From Methanopyrus kandleri AV19 (GTDB lineage Archaea > JAADCQ01 > Methanopyri > Methanopyrales > Methanopyraceae), in assembly GCF_000007185.1 (NCBI RefSeq), contig NC_003551.1, positions 1,662,970 through 1,694,969 of the forward strand: DNA of 32,000 bases, in the 5' to 3' direction. The position numbers and the translations under genes are program-made. Position 1 is the first letter of the stretch. Each line of letters begins with the position of its first letter. Of the stretch, positions 1 through 7,616 are shown piece by piece. The notes beneath the pieces are model-generated. The model was not told the origin of the DNA and did no database searches. It was given only the letters and a program-made list of their open reading frames with translations.

Positions 1-599
1 CCACCCCGGAACTCCGGGACGAACAACCTATACTTGTCCCGGGTCTCTCCTTTGAGCTCCGCCAGAACGCGCTCTTTGATCATGTCTCGGGGGTGCATGC
101 GGAGGCCCTTAACCCTCTCCTTGATGTCGTCCAGGGACTCGAACGGTTCCTTCTCGCGCTCCTCCAAGATACGCTCGAGCGTTTTTCGGCCTATTCCAGG
201 AAGAAGCTCGAGCTGGTGCAACCTCGGGGTGATGGGTCTAGCCTCGTTGAAGAACCTGACGAAGTCCTCCTCGTTATCCTCGATGATCTTCTCGACGGCG
301 TGGGGGAGTTCTTCACGGGCCGTCGCGGTGAGCTCGTCGTATCGTAGTCGTCGGTTCACGTGGTGGATCTTGTCACGCTTACCACGACCTACGTACACCT
401 CTTCATGGAGCTCCAGGAACGCCCCTTCCTTGGGGGCTAGCTCTAGGAGCACGAAGAAGTCTTTCCCTATCGCCTGCGCCACGGGCTGTCGCTTATGAGG
501 TGGCTCCTCCGCCCTGCCGTACGGTAGGAAGTCCAGTATCAGCGCATACTCTTCATAGGCCCGTTTCCCCTTCGGCTGCTTGTACAGTATCTCCACCAT
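1..599 (-). CDS. DUF655-family helix-hairpin-helix nucleic-acid-binding protein (N-terminal ~199 codons; C-terminus runs off the left edge)
   Basis: Not in the ORF track because there is no stop in the window. The reverse complement from ATG 599-597 reads MVEILYKQPKGKRAYEEYALILDFLPYGRAEEPPHKRQPVAQAIGKDFFVLLELAPKEGAFLELHEEVYVGRGKRDKIHHVNRRLRYDELTATAREELPHAVEKIIEDNEEDFVRFFNEARPITPRLHQLELLPGIGRKTLERILEEREKEPF... and stays open to position 1. The + strand ORFs here (34..498, 93..347) are Ser-rich antisense artefacts. It sits 3 nt after rpoF, which is the conserved archaeal L21e-RpoF-DUF655 order. Confidence 0.8.
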   Translation of the reverse strand, partial: MVEILYKQPKGKRAYEEYALILDFLPYGRAEEPPHKRQPVAQAIGKDFFVLLELAPKEGAFLELHEEVYVGRGKRDKIHHVNRRLRYDELTATAREELPHAVEKIIEDNEEDFVRFFNEARPITPRLHQLELLPGIGRKTLERILEEREKEPFESLDDIKERVKGLRMHPRDMIKERVLAELKGETRDKYRLFVPEFRG

Positions 600-602
600 C
601 GT

Positions 603-992
603 TTACTCCTCCTCCGCGATTCGTTCAGATACCTCCAAGATAGCACGCACTACATCCTCATCGGCACGACGGAGGAGACGTTTTCCGGCGGACTCGAGCA
701 AGACTTTGATCTCCTCTTCACTCCTAGGTTGAACCTCCAGAATCTTGTTGACGAGGATCTCCACCGTGCGCTCGTTGGTCGTGAGATCACCGAGAATAGA
801 CCTGAGCTCCTCCTTCGCTTCCTCCAGGTCCTCCGGCTCCAGCGATCCGAACTTCTTCAGGTACCGAACTGCCTCGCGCTGGTCATAGGTGAGTTCCGGA
901 TCCCGCTCCTTTAGGACCTTCTCTACCACTTTGCGAGCCTCGTGTACGTTAGTCGGACTCCGTTCCCGGGCCTGAAGGGATATCGAGGGCAA
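603..992 (-). CDS. rpoF: DNA-directed RNA polymerase subunit F (Rpo4)
   Basis: 129-aa acidic helical ORF (…LTYDQREAVRYLKKFGSLEPEDLEEAKEELRSIL…ILEVQPRSEEEIKVLLES…) with the layout of archaeal Rpo4/F. Its position between L21e and DUF655 supports the call. Confidence 0.75.
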   Translation of the reverse strand: MPSISLQARERSPTNVHEARKVVEKVLKERDPELTYDQREAVRYLKKFGSLEPEDLEEAKEELRSILGDLTTNERTVEILVNKILEVQPRSEEEIKVLLESAGKRLLRRADEDVVRAILEVSERIAEEE

Positions 993-1007
993 GGCCGGGG
1001 ACCCCTA

Positions 1008-1313
1008 TCACTGGAGTTCAGGCTGCTCCTGTGGCTTCAAATGCTCGGGGTACACTATCAGTTTCTTCTCCTTCCCTCCATCCCTGATCTTCACGATGTA
1101 AGCTCGGCCTTGGCGTCCTACGACTTCTCCAGTTCTCCCGTGGTACCTGGGATGGGGCATGCCTTTGTGGACACTGGGATCGATTACGATGTGTACTTTC
1201 TGACCCTCCTCGAACTCCTGCGTCATCGGACCCAACGGGGAAAGACCGCGCTCTCTAGGCTTCTTTCGGAGTTTTTTCCGTGTACGACTCCGGAAACCTT
1301 TGGATCTTCTCAC
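1008..1313 (-). CDS. rpl21e: 50S ribosomal protein L21e
   Basis: (V)[86 protein letters not shown] is canonical L21e. I moved the start from the track's 1385 to GTG 1313 (TTG 1316 is also possible). The family begins M-x-RSKG, and the 1385 start would overlap the upstream gene by 68 nt. Confidence 0.9.
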   Translation of the reverse strand: MRRSKGFRSRTRKKLRKKPRERGLSPLGPMTQEFEEGQKVHIVIDPSVHKGMPHPRYHGRTGEVVGRQGRAYIVKIRDGGKEKKLIVYPEHLKPQEQPELQ

Positions 1314-1317
1314 CAAC

Positions 1318-1731
1318 TCAAGCTCCCCCCAACTCGTACAATACGACGGCCAGCGCGGCCAGCTCTCCGACAGGAGCGCTGACACCGACGGTGAGATCAG
1401 GCTCTATATCGATCTCTTCGAGTAGCTCCACGGGGACCGTGAGCAGCACGTCTGACGGCTTTAATTTCTTGATCCCTTCATCTGCCGAGGGATCTAGCAG
1501 CGCCACCCGACCATCAACAACTTCCAGGGCGTCGTCCAGGTCGTCGACCACCATCACCGGAACGCGACCTCTCTCCTCGGGGTGTTCCAGCACCTGTGTG
1601 ATACCGTCCAAGGCCGCACGTGACTTCGGTTCCGAATAAACAAGGAGCTTCGCCCCGAGGTTGCCTGCGATAAGGGCCACATGGTTGACGCGGAAGTGGC
1701 TGAAGGGACGGTGGTACACCACGACGACCAC
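1318..1731 (-). CDS. Divergent SPOUT-fold protein, aTrm56-like (putative RNA 2'-O-methyltransferase relative)
   Basis: 137 aa. The N-terminus [30 protein letters not shown] resembles aTrm56 (…[24 protein letters not shown]…). The C-terminus [15 protein letters not shown] resembles the SPOUT C-terminal helix (…SEVAALAVLLDRL). It is shorter than typical aTrm56 and the knot/SAM motifs are not obvious, so the function is uncertain. Confidence 0.4.
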   Translation of the reverse strand: MVVVVYHRPFSHFRVNHVALIAGNLGAKLLVYSEPKSRAALDGITQVLEHPEERGRVPVMVVDDLDDALEVVDGRVALLDPSADEGIKKLKPSDVLLTVPVELLEEIDIEPDLTVGVSAPVGELAALAVVLYELGGA

Positions 1732-1734
1732 GCC

Positions 1735-2958
1735 TCAGCACCCCGAGAACGGGCAAGTGAGGATGGCATCTATGGCCGGTAGTCGCTCCCCGGCGAGCAT
1801 TCGGAGCATCGCTCCGCCACCCGTGCTGACGTGATCTATGCTGTCATAAGCACCACAGGCTTTCGCCGCCGCAATTATGTGGCCTCCTCCGATCACGGAG
1901 AAAGCCTCCGAATCGGCGATAGCATTGAGGACCTCGTACGTTCCCTTCTCGAATCCGGGTTCCTCGTACACGCCCATCGGCCCGTTCGCGACCACCATAC
2001 CCGCGCTTTCGACCTCCTTGCGATACCGTTCGATCGTTCCGGTACCGATGTCGAAGACGGGAGCGTCCGCTGGCAGTTCGTCCACGTCTACCTCCTCGCG
2101 CTCTCCACCGCGGTTGAGAGCCACGTCTTCGGGTACGAGGATCACGTCGTCACCTTCCTCGAGGAGCTCCCGTGCCTCGTCCAAGTAGCCCGTGTAACCC
2201 TTCATATCCAGGAATTTCCGTGAAGGTTTCCCTAGATCCACTCCGGAGGCCCAAAGGAAGAGATTGCCCACGAGACCTCCCAGTAACACGCGACGTACGT
2301 TGTCCATCTCGATGGCTCGGCGTATGACCTTGATAGCATCCTCGATCTTGGACCCTCCGATCACGAAGACGCCGTCCTCCATCTCGTCTCTGACCATGGT
2401 TTCGAGGACTTCGATCTCGCGCTCCATCACACGGCCGACGCAAGACGGAAGTCTTCGAGTGAACCCGACCAGTGAAGCGTTCGAGCGATGGGCCGCAGCG
2501 AAGGCGTCGTTCACGAAAATGTCGAACAGCGGGGCCAGGTTCCGCACCAAATGTCGGCGTGCGTGCCACTCCGGGTCCCGGTTGATACGTTCCTCGGAAT
2601 AGAACCGCACGTTCTCCAGCAGGATAACTTCGCCGGGCTCCAACGACCGAATCTTCTTCTTCGCGGTGGGTCCGAACACGTCGGGCACGTACTCGAAGTT
2701 GTCGAGTTCTTCGGACATGATTTCCGCATGTGGTTCCAGTGTCGTGAAGTCATCCTCACCCGGTCTTCCTTGGTGTGCTAGAATGGCCACCCTGGCGTCG
2801 TGTTCCATTAACTCCTTGATCGTCCCGAGATGTCTTTTAATACGTTCATCGTCCTCAATTTTACCATCGATAACCGTCGAATTTATATCAATTCGTAACA
2901 AGACCCATTTATTTTCGAACTCGAAATCGTCCATAGTAGATATGTTTTCGTACATCAC
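1735..2958 (-). CDS. pgk: Phosphoglycerate kinase
   Basis: 407 aa of archaeal PGK length and motifs (…VLLRIDINS…, ILAHQGRPG, …GGGHIIAAA…STGGGAMLRMLAGERLPAI). Confidence 0.95.
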   Translation of the reverse strand: MMYENISTMDDFEFENKWVLLRIDINSTVIDGKIEDDERIKRHLGTIKELMEHDARVAILAHQGRPGEDDFTTLEPHAEIMSEELDNFEYVPDVFGPTAKKKIRSLEPGEVILLENVRFYSEERINRDPEWHARRHLVRNLAPLFDIFVNDAFAAAHRSNASLVGFTRRLPSCVGRVMEREIEVLETMVRDEMEDGVFVIGGSKIEDAIKVIRRAIEMDNVRRVLLGGLVGNLFLWASGVDLGKPSRKFLDMKGYTGYLDEARELLEEGDDVILVPEDVALNRGGEREEVDVDELPADAPVFDIGTGTIERYRKEVESAGMVVANGPMGVYEEPGFEKGTYEVLNAIADSEAFSVIGGGHIIAAAKACGAYDSIDHVSTGGGAMLRMLAGERLPAIDAILTCPFSGC

Positions 2959-2975
2959 TGTTCGCCCCTAATATT

Positions 2976-3518
2976 TTATTGTATTTTAGCGTGCCGTTCC
3001 CACATATCTGATTCATCGACTCCTAATTCTTTCGCGAGCTGAGCCGTAAATCCGTCCAAGAATGACAGCATTAACATCTCCGAGAATGTGCGAAGAATTA
3101 TCTCTTCTGGTTCAGGAAGGACAACCACAACATCCGCCTTTTCAGCTATTTTCGAGTCCGCATTCATGGTTACTGCAAGCACATCTGCACCTTCGTCCTT
3201 CGCCACATCCGCCGCATAATTGACGAACGCGGTGTTACCGGAAACGCTCAGCGCGATGAGGAGATCGTCGGGCTTTATTGCCCGCTCTGTGCTGTGACCG
3301 ACCACGTAGCATCGTGCGCCCATTTGCACGAGCCTGACGGCGAAGCACTCACCGATGAGTCCCGTTCTACCCATTCCTACGATGAATATACCCCTATCAT
3401 TCCGTATCTTCTCCACAACTAAATCCAAGGCTTTTTTAACATCTTCTTCGGGCAGATTGTTGCACGCATACTCTATTACCTCGGCCTCCCTCCGCATAAT
3501 TTTACGTATGCGATCCAA
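2976..3518 (-). CDS. phi: 6-phospho-3-hexuloisomerase (SIS domain, RuMP pathway)
   Basis: 180 aa. IFIVGMGRTGLIGECFAVRLVQMGARCYVVGHSTERAIKPDDLLIALSVSGNT and the C-terminal LGVDESDMWERHAKIQ closely parallel the M. jannaschii PHI (MJ1247) sequence as I remember it (IFIFGVGRSGYIGRCFAMRLMHLGF…DDLLILISGSGRT…LNLDESEIIKRHCNLL). The length is the same. Confidence 0.8.
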   Translation of the reverse strand: MDRIRKIMRREAEVIEYACNNLPEEDVKKALDLVVEKIRNDRGIFIVGMGRTGLIGECFAVRLVQMGARCYVVGHSTERAIKPDDLLIALSVSGNTAFVNYAADVAKDEGADVLAVTMNADSKIAEKADVVVVLPEPEEIILRTFSEMLMLSFLDGFTAQLAKELGVDESDMWERHAKIQ

Positions 3519-3531
3519 TGCCCATCATCCC

Positions 3532-4212
3532 CTATTCTAGGCCGGAGATGAGGTCTAATAACGCCTCCTTAGGATCGTCCGCTAATACCACTCCAGAAGC
3601 TACTAAGACGCCATCAGCACCCAATTCCACGGCGGCACGCACATCGGACCCATCGGTGATCCCGGCCCCGCACAGTACGGCCGTCTCCTCCGAGACCTCC
3701 TTCACGACCTCGACCGATCGCTCGACTACCTCGGGGTCGGCCTTCGACACCGGGGTCCCCGTACCGATGAGCTCCGGCGGCTCCACGGCCACCGCGTGAG
3801 GCGAGAGGGCCCCGGCCGCACGGGCGGCGAGCGCGTCGCTCGCACACACGATCGTGAGGAGACCCTCGTTTATGCACGCTCGGCAGACGTCCTTAAGATC
3901 CTCCAACAGCATCCGGCGTTCCGAGTGGTTCAGAAGCGTCCCGTCGGCGCCGGCTTCGACCACCATCTCGGGAGTCACGTGCCCGGTCCTCCCGCCGGGC
4001 TCGGCCGCATCAACTGCCTGCGCTAGGACCGTGACTTCGTCGCCTACCTCCCTAACCACGTCGCGCAGGTCGACATGAGGAGGACAGATCCCGACCTCGA
4101 CTCCGGTTTCTTCCGACACTTCCGCGGCCACTCGAGCCAGTCGTAGTGCGTTCTCACCGACCGCTTCCGAGTACGCCTTGAAATTCACGATAACAGGAGG
4201 TACACGCAACAT
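3532..4212 (-). CDS. tpiA: Triosephosphate isomerase (archaeal short type)
   Basis: 226 aa. Contains PVIVNFKAY, …LLNHSERR…, and GTGTPVS…AGITDG, which is archaeal TIM length and signature. Confidence 0.95.
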   Translation of the reverse strand: MLRVPPVIVNFKAYSEAVGENALRLARVAAEVSEETGVEVGICPPHVDLRDVVREVGDEVTVLAQAVDAAEPGGRTGHVTPEMVVEAGADGTLLNHSERRMLLEDLKDVCRACINEGLLTIVCASDALAARAAGALSPHAVAVEPPELIGTGTPVSKADPEVVERSVEVVKEVSEETAVLCGAGITDGSDVRAAVELGADGVLVASGVVLADDPKEALLDLISGLE

Positions 4213-4220
4213 CTCACCCC

Positions 4221-4859
4221 CTACGACCTCCCGACGATGATCCTATCTACCTTGTCCCCGGGGAATACGCCGCATTCAACTACGCCGGGAACGGAGTTCA
4301 ACTCGCGTTCGAGCTCGGCGGGATCCCAGTCGTCCACATGCAGGTCGACGATGGGATTACCCGAGTCCGAGACCACGGGCCCGTACTTCTCGTCACACGT
4401 TCTCGGTCTGACCTCACCGAACTCCTCCAGCGTCCGAACTGTTAACTCGTAGCAGCCGCGGAGTACCTCAACGGGTACCGGGAGCTCCCAGAGGTTCTCG
4501 ACGAGCTTCGACTCGTCCACGACGACCCAGAACTCGTCGGCGGTGTAATCTATCGCCTTCTCCAACGAGTGGCAGGCCCCTCCTCCTTTCAGCAGGTTAC
4601 CATCGGGATCCACGGCGTCAGCTCCGTCGATGGCGACCGGGAGCTCTTCGGGCGGTATCGTAGTCACGTTCAGTCCGATGCGGCGACAAGCATCGATCGT
4701 GCCGGGTATCGTGGTGAACACCAGTACGTCGGCCTCTCTCTTCACCAGCTCTTCAAGGAAAGCCTCGACGGTGGTGCCGGCACCAACCCCGATCACCTCG
4801 TACCCGCGTCGGCAGACCTCTTCCGCGGCTTTCCTGGCCGCGTTCCGTTTGCCGCTCAA
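4221..4859 (-). CDS. rpiA: Ribose-5-phosphate isomerase A
   Basis: 212 aa. Contains GVGAGTTV, DGADAVDPDGNLLKGGGACHSLEKA. TTG start at 4859, preceded on the minus strand by GGGGGT. Confidence 0.9.
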   Translation of the reverse strand: MSGKRNAARKAAEEVCRRGYEVIGVGAGTTVEAFLEELVKREADVLVFTTIPGTIDACRRIGLNVTTIPPEELPVAIDGADAVDPDGNLLKGGGACHSLEKAIDYTADEFWVVVDESKLVENLWELPVPVEVLRGCYELTVRTLEEFGEVRPRTCDEKYGPVVSDSGNPIVDLHVDDWDPAELERELNSVPGVVECGVFPGDKVDRIIVGRS

Positions 4860-4888
4860 AGCCGAACCCCCGAGGGTTTCTTAATGCG

Positions 4889-4908
4889 GCGTGTGGGCCC
4901 TCACACGC
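4889..4908. repeat. Inverted repeat GCGTGTG-N6-CACACGC in the rpiA/carB divergent spacer
   Basis: Read directly: gcgtgtg (4889-4895), ggccct, cacacgc (4902-4908). It lies 14 nt upstream of the carB ATG (4922), so it is a candidate operator or 5'-UTR hairpin. Confidence 0.5.
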
Positions 4909-4921
4909 GGGTAGCCGGACG

Positions 4922-6550
4922 ATGTCCGATAAAGTCCTCGTGATAGGTGCGGGCCCTAACCGCATCGGCCAGGGGATCGAATTCGATTACTGTACAGTTC
5001 ACGCCGTGTGGGCGATTCAGGAGGAGGGTTACAAGGCGATCATAGTGAACAACAACCCCGAGACGGTCTCCACGGATTACGATACTTCGGATAAACTGTA
5101 CTTCGAACCAATCACACTCGAAGACGTACTCAACATAGTCGAGAAGGAGCGGCCTATCGGCGTGCTGACGCAGTTCGGGGGGCAGACCTCCGTCAACCTA
5201 ACCGTGCCACTCGCGGAGCGTGGAGTCCGTGTTCTTGGTACCGATCCCGACGACGTCGACCGACTCGAGGATCGGGACAGGTTCTCAAAGCTCCTGAAGA
5301 AGCTCGGTATCCCGCAGCCCGAGAGCGGGACCGCCAACGACCCCGAAGAAGCCGTTGAGGTAGCGGAAGATATCGGTTACCCAGTCCTTGTGCGTCCATC
5401 GTATGTGATAGGTGGCCGAGCCATGGAGATAGTGTACGACGAGGAGGATCTCCGTAGGTACATCGAGGAAGCCGCCAAGGTATCCCCGGAGCACCCGATC
5501 TTGATAGACCGGTTCATCGAGGGCGGCATAGAGTGCGAGATCGACGGTGCGCGGGATGAGGCCGGGAACGTGCTCATCCCCGGGATCATGGAACACATCG
5601 AGGAAGCCGGTGTGCACTCCGGTGATTCCGCCTGTGTCGTGCCACCACAGACGCTCCCGGAGCACGCACAGGAGACGGTCCTCGAGTACGCCGAAGACAT
5701 CGCCGAGGGGGCAAACGTGATCGGGCTTATTAACATTCAGTTCGTCTACGACCCTGAAGAGGACGAGGTGTACGTTATCGAAGCCAACCCGCGCGCCAGT
5801 CGAACGGTGCCTTTCATCAGCAAGGCCGTCGGAATACCACTCGCCAAAATCGGAACCAAGGCCATCCTCGGCCGTGAGATCCCCGAGGTCCTGGACGAGA
5901 TGGGGCTAGAGCCTCCGGACGGTGACCCCGGAATCGTCGCCGTTAAAGAGGCCGTATTCTCCTTCGAGAAGTGGCCCGGAGTGGATCCCGTGCTGGGCCC
6001 CGAGATGAAGGCTACGGGAGAAGTTATGGGGATCGACAGGACGTTCGGTGCCGCCTACTGGAAGGCTCAGCTCGCAGCAGGACACGAGCTTCCTCTCGAG
6101 GGTACCGCCGTCATATCGGTAGCCGACCGGGACAAGCCCGATATCGTCCCGATCGCTCGAAAGCTTCAGCGGTTAGGGTTCGATCTGCTCGCGACGCGCG
6201 GCACCGCATCGCACCTGCGCGAACACGGGATCGAGTGCGAGGTGGTGAGGAAAGTATCGGAGGGTAGTCCCAACATAGTTGATCTCATCCGTGAAGGTGA
6301 AATCGACCTGATTATCAACACCCCAACGGAAGGGAAGGACGCTCGCCGCGACGGGTACGCCATCCGTCGGGCAGCTGTGAAGTTCAAGGTCCCGTACATC
6401 ACTACGATCGCGGCGGCAAAGGCGGCCGTTGAGGCGATAGAACTGGTGAAAGAGAAAGGAGTCACCGTCAACTGCCTCCACGACATCCACAAGGGTGATT
6501 GGACACCTCGCGAGGTGAAACCCGAAGAGTTGACTCGCTACGGAGGATGA
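4922..6550 (+). CDS. carB: Carbamoyl-phosphate synthase large subunit, C-terminal half (second ATP-grasp + MGS-like allosteric domain); split carB
   Basis: The 542-aa ORF starts [70 protein letters not shown]. This aligns to the middle of bacterial CarB (…[19 protein letters not shown]…[21 protein letters not shown]). The C-terminal [10 protein letters not shown]… region is an MGS-like domain. No carA and no carB N-terminal half is present in the window. Confidence 0.9.
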   Translation: [542 protein letters not shown]

Positions 6551-6562
6551 TGGGGGAGAGAC

Positions 6563-7441
6563 GTGTTGATAGTCCTCGCCACATCGGAGGGTGTCAAGCT
6601 GGGTCGGCGTCTCGCAGAGGAGCTCGACGCGGAGCTGGCGCCGGTCGAGGAGGACAGGTTCCCCGACGGTGAGCAGATTGTAAGGGTTCCTCCGGAGCTC
6701 GACGGGACGGTAGTCGTCGTACACTCGATGAGCCCACCCCAGGACGAGAACCTCGTGAAGGCGATAATCACTCTCGACGCCGCTCGGGAGAACGGGGCCG
6801 AGGAAGTCATCGCCATAGTCCCTTACATGGCCTACTCCAGGCAAGATCGTAGATTCGAACCCGGAGAGCCCGTTTCGTTCCGCGCCGTCGCTAGGGCAGT
6901 GTCCGCGAACGCCGACGCTCTAATAACCGTCGACCTCCACGAGCCGGGCACGCTGAAGTACTTCGACGTACCCGCCGAGAACGTCAGCGCGGCTGAGGAG
7001 CTGGGCAAGTACCTGGCAGAAAGGTTCGAGGGAGAGGATCTCGTGGTCATCGGACCGGACGAAGGGGCCCGAGAACTGGCCCGCGAAGTCGCCTCGATAT
7101 GTGGGGTTGAATACGACCATCTGGAGAAAAAGCGGCTCAGCGGGGACGAGGTCGAGATTCATCCGAAAGAGCTGGACGTCGAGGGGCGGACGGTGGTACT
7201 GGTCGACGACATGATCGACACCGGAGGGACCATGGTTGAAGCCGCCCGAGCGCTTCGCGATCAAGGTGCCGGGACGCTCTATGCCGCGTGCACCCACGCG
7301 CTCCTCACCAGGAACGCCGCCACTAGGCTTTTGGCCTCAGGATTCGAAGATATCATAGCCACCGACACCGTCCCCAACCCGTTCGAGAAGGTGAGTGTGG
7401 CCCCACCGGTAGCCGAGGCTGTTGAGAATCTCAGCGGGTGA
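6563..7441 (+). CDS. prs: Ribose-phosphate pyrophosphokinase (PRPP synthetase)
   Basis: 292 aa with a GTG start. Contains …RFPDGE…, YMAYSRQDRRF, and VLVDDMIDTGGTM (PRPP-binding loop). Confidence 0.95.
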   Translation: MLIVLATSEGVKLGRRLAEELDAELAPVEEDRFPDGEQIVRVPPELDGTVVVVHSMSPPQDENLVKAIITLDAARENGAEEVIAIVPYMAYSRQDRRFEPGEPVSFRAVARAVSANADALITVDLHEPGTLKYFDVPAENVSAAEELGKYLAERFEGEDLVVIGPDEGARELAREVASICGVEYDHLEKKRLSGDEVEIHPKELDVEGRTVVLVDDMIDTGGTMVEAARALRDQGAGTLYAACTHALLTRNAATRLLASGFEDIIATDTVPNPFEKVSVAPPVAEAVENLSG

Positions 7442-7448
7442 GACCCGG

Positions 7449-7464
7449 GAGAAACACTTAAAAT
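7449..7464 (+). promoter_or_regulatory. Candidate BRE/TATA promoter for tRNA-Ser
   Basis: A purine-rich GGAGAAACA is followed by CTTAAAAT (7457-7464), about 32-39 nt upstream of the mature tRNA 5' end (7496). It is one of the few AT-rich octamers in a GC-rich spacer. Confidence 0.4.
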
Positions 7465-7495
7465 CCCGCCTCATACTTGTGCAAGTGGGCAAGGC

Positions 7496-7586
7496 GCCGG
7501 GGCGGCCGAGCCCGGTCCAAGGCGCGGGACTGCTAATCCCGTGGCCCGTATGGGCCGCCCGGGTTCAAATCCCGGCCCCGGCGCCA
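7496..7586 (+). tRNA. tRNA-Ser (anticodon GCU), encoded CCA, C at position 8
   Basis: Cloverleaf folded by hand. Acceptor stem GCCGGGG (7496-7502) pairs with CCCCGGC (7576-7582). The D stem is GCC/GGC. The anticodon stem is CGGGA/TCCCG with loop CTGCTAA, giving anticodon GCT at 7532-7534. A long variable arm GGCCC-GTAT-GGGCC is class II and consistent with Ser. The T arm is CCGGG-TTCAAAT-CCCGG. Discriminator is G7583 and CCA is 7584-7586. Confidence 0.92.
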
Positions 7587-7593
7587 ACCCGAA

Positions 7594-7616
7594 ATCGTTA
7601 TAAAACCTATAACGAT
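7594..7616. repeat. Perfect AT-rich inverted repeat ATCGTTATA-AAACC-TATAACGAT (possible TATA element or tRNA 3' hairpin)
   Basis: Read directly: 9-bp arms with a 5-nt loop. It contains TTATAAAA on the + strand and lies 8 nt after the tRNA CCA and 22 nt before the TTG 7638 start. Confidence 0.6.

Noticed and set aside
34-498. + strand ORFs 34..498 and 93..347
   Set aside because: They are Ser/Leu/Arg-rich low-complexity translations antisense to a well-conserved DUF655 reading frame on the minus strand. This is a typical high-GC shadow ORF.
1314-1385. N-terminal extension of L21e (start 1385)
   Set aside because: The extra 24 residues are not L21e-like and overlap the upstream SPOUT-like gene by 68 nt. 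GTG 1313 gives the canonical (M)RRSKG N-terminus.
6173-6844. 223-aa minus-strand ORF spanning the carB/prs junction
   Set aside because: It is antisense to two strongly recognisable genes, has no recognisable motifs, and crosses an intergenic spacer. It is a GC-rich shadow ORF.
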